From: an uncultured beta proteobacterium | Lineage (GTDB): Bacteria; Pseudomonadota; Gammaproteobacteria; Burkholderiales; JACQAP01 | DNA length: 64,000 nucleotides | Assembly (NCBI GenBank): GCA_963846655.1 | Contig: CAWJWT010000002.1 | Span: forward strand, 519,376-583,375 | Reading direction: 5' to 3' | Shown: positions 61,855-64,000 of the stretch, in pieces | How the letters are laid out: each line of letters starts with the position of its first letter | Position numbering within the stretch: the first letter of the stretch is position 1 | The notes under the pieces: generated by a model | Told to the model about the DNA's origin: nothing | What the model saw: only the letters and a program-made list of their open reading frames with translations | Database searches by the model: none | Position numbers and translations under genes: made by a program

Positions 61855-62753
61855 GCGTGGCAGGGCGCCATCGCCTGGTCACCCGCACGCTGTTGCGCCA
61901 GATGCCCTTGCCGGCCCTGCCCGATGACGGTGACAAGGAAACGCGCGGGCGCGTGCTGGTTGTCGGCGGCAGTATGCTCACACCGGGCGCGATCCTGCTG
62001 GCGGGCATTGCCGCCTTGCGCGCCGGCGCGGGCAAGCTGCAACTCGCCACCGTGCAAGGCGCGGCGGTGCACCTGGGACTTGCGGTGCCGGAGTCGCTGG
62101 TGCTGGCGCTGCCGACGCGCAACGGCGAAATCGCCGGTGCGCGCGCGGCCCGCGCGTTGCACCAGCATGCAGCGCGCGCGCAGGCCGTGCTGGTCGGCCC
62201 CGGCATGGCAGTGGGGCGTTCCGTGCATGGATTGCTCAGCGGGCTGGTGTCCGGGCTTGACGCGGCTGCGCTGCTGATTCTCGATGGCGCCGCCGTCATC
62301 GGATTGCGCAACAACGAGAAACTGCTGGGTGCATTGCCGGGTCGCGTCGTGCTTACGCCTCATGCCGGCGAAGTCGCGTCGCTGATGGGCATCGAACGGC
62401 GCGTGGTGGAAAAGGACGCGCCTGCAATCGCGCGCCATTTGGCGCGGCTGTTCGGTGCCACCGTCGTGCTCAAAGGCGCCCAAAGCTGGATCGCGGAACC
62501 CGGCGGGGCGCTGTTCCGCTTCACCGGCGGGTCGGTCGGCCTCGGAACCTCAGGGTCGGGCGACACGCTGGCCGGCATTGTCGCGGGCCTTGCGGCGACA
62601 GGCGCGCCGGCGTGCACCGCGGCGCTCTGGGGCGTGTGGGCGCATGCGGCGTCGGGTGCGCTGTTAAGCAAACGCATGGGCCAGGTGGGGTTTCTCGCCC
62701 GCGAACTGCTCGCTGACGTGCCCGCGCTGTTGTGCAAGGAGCGGACGCGATGA
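61851..62753 (+). CDS. Stand-alone NAD(P)H-hydrate dehydratase (NnrD/YjeF-C-like)
   Basis: K..RG.VLVVGGS, GA..LAG.AALRAGAG, GPG, LTPHAGE, VLKG, GSGD.LAG; ATGA overlap. Confidence 0.9.
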   Translation: MSVAGRHRLVTRTLLRQMPLPALPDDGDKETRGRVLVVGGSMLTPGAILLAGIAALRAGAGKLQLATVQGAAVHLGLAVPESLVLALPTRNGEIAGARAARALHQHAARAQAVLVGPGMAVGRSVHGLLSGLVSGLDAAALLILDGAAVIGLRNNEKLLGALPGRVVLTPHAGEVASLMGIERRVVEKDAPAIARHLARLFGATVVLKGAQSWIAEPGGALFRFTGGSVGLGTSGSGDTLAGIVAGLAATGAPACTAALWGVWAHAASGALLSKRMGQVGFLARELLADVPALLCKERTR

Positions 62754-62872
62754 GAAGGCGGCGCCCACTGCAGGGCCGGGCATTGCACACCGCGTGAAGA
62801 AGCCGAAGACAGTAAATGTGCGCTGCACGGCCGCCGCCCTGCGCTAGACTTGGAACGTGCATACGGAGCTCC

Positions 62873-63505
62873 ATGAATACGACTTCTAAAGTACCTAAGC
62901 ATTTCTCGATGATCCGCGGGATGCATCTGGCGGACCTGTTCACGCTGGCCAATGCGGCCTGCGGCGTGGCCGGCGTGTTTTTCGCCATGGCCTACGTCGG
63001 CAGCCAGTCGCTGCACCATTTCTTCGCCGCCGCGGCGCTCGCACCCGCAGCCTTCGCCTTCGACGTTCTGGACGGGCGCATCGCGCGCTGGCGCCACACG
63101 CATTCGGCGCTCGGACGCGAGCTAGATTCGCTGGCCGATGTCATTTCATTCGGCGTTGCGCCGGCCGCCCTAGGCTTTGCGGCTGGCCTGCACGGCTTGT
63201 GGGACTGGGCTGCGCTCATTTACTTCGTGTGCTGCGGCGTGAGTCGTCTGGCGCGTTACAACGTCACGGCCGAAGCGCTTTCCGCAGGCACTGAAAAAGT
63301 CGCCTATTTCGAAGGAACGCCGATTCCGACCAGCGTGCTGCTCACGGGGGTGCTGGCGCTGGCCGCCTGGCAGGGCCGGCTGGGCGACCAACTCTATGGC
63401 GGCGTGTGGTCATCTGCATGGGGCGAGTTGCATCCGCTTGCCTTGCTGTTCGTGCTGTCCGGTACCTTGATGATCAGCAAGACGCTGCGGATTCCAAAGC
63501 TCTGA
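62873..63505 (+). CDS. CDP-alcohol phosphatidyltransferase (PssA-like)
   Basis: AD..TL.N, D.LDG.IAR....S.LG.ELDSLAD.ISFGVAP, RLARYN, FEG.PIP, LMISK. Confidence 0.9.
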   Translation: MNTTSKVPKHFSMIRGMHLADLFTLANAACGVAGVFFAMAYVGSQSLHHFFAAAALAPAAFAFDVLDGRIARWRHTHSALGRELDSLADVISFGVAPAALGFAAGLHGLWDWAALIYFVCCGVSRLARYNVTAEALSAGTEKVAYFEGTPIPTSVLLTGVLALAAWQGRLGDQLYGGVWSSAWGELHPLALLFVLSGTLMISKTLRIPKL

Positions 63506-63671
63506 TGCTTCGCCGTCGCGCGGGCTAACGCCGGGCTTGCGGCAATTCCTACAGCGCGTTTGTAAAGTTTGAAACTGCGCGCGGCCAGCGCGCAGCAATC
63601 TCTCCCGCGTGACACGCCCCGGGACGCCTACCTGCGCTGCACACCCTGGCAATAATCTTGCTGACGTTCGT

Positions 63672-63705
63672 CCGTATTAACCGGCCGCCCGTATTAACCG
63701 GCCGC
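63672..63705. repeat. 17-bp tandem duplication upstream of the SDR gene
   Basis: CCGTATTAACCGGCCGC x2. Confidence 0.85.
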
Positions 63706-63781
63706 CGGTATTGAACGTTCGCCGGTAAGAAGGGCCGCCGGTCTCGTCGGCCCGAAAGTCTTTCCCCTTACAGGAGTGTCC

Positions 63782-64000
63782 ATGAACCCTCGCACCGATG
63801 CCCTCAGCAAAGGCAACAGCCAGGATGCACGCGCGGACACCGCGCAAATGCAAGAGCCACGGCCCCCATTTCCCGAACAGCACCAGGAAAGCCCGGGGCT
63901 CGAGTCGCTGCTCGAGCCGCTGCCGCGCTATCAGGCGCAGGCTTACCGGGCCGCGGGCAAGCTCAAGGGCAAAGTGGCGTTGATCACGGGCGGAGACTCC
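63782..64000 (+). CDS. SDR oxidoreductase (YdaD/YghA general-stress type), 3' truncated
   Basis: Translated by hand: ...PPFPEQHQESPGLES.LEP.P.Y....YRAAGKLKGKVALITGGDS; CAGGAG RBS. Confidence 0.85.
   Translation, partial: MNPRTDALSKGNSQDARADTAQMQEPRPPFPEQHQESPGLESLLEPLPRYQAQAYRAAGKLKGKVALITGGDS

Overview
GC-rich chromosomal window, most likely from a betaproteobacterium (inferred from gene order and protein style). Core blocks are rpsP-rimM-trmD-rplS, xerD-plsY/tsaD, rpsU-yqeY-dnaG-rpoD-tRNA-Ile2 and parE-parC-cysK. A large accessory region follows the tRNA (about 11-40 kb). It holds an acidic DinI-like protein, a sulfatase with a non-canonical motif, a MoxR/DUF58/BatA/vWA operon, a FecR-OmpA-CHASE2/PP2C-MBL-STAS-RsbW partner-switching module and a DUF1800/DUF1501 pair. 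It also holds a cluster where an exported MBL-fold hydrolase and two beta-propeller proteins lie between two His-rich Ni/Co transporters. Notable non-coding signals are a DARS-like DnaA-box triplet at 39165-39199, an anti-SD-rich sRNA candidate opposite a LysR gene, and a 15-bp tandem repeat. The right end is a general-stress-type gene set. Essential genes (dnaG, rpoD, parE, parC) carry frameshifts that look like long-read indel errors. No CRISPR array, prophage or IS element was seen. All family calls come from motif recognition by eye, not database searches.
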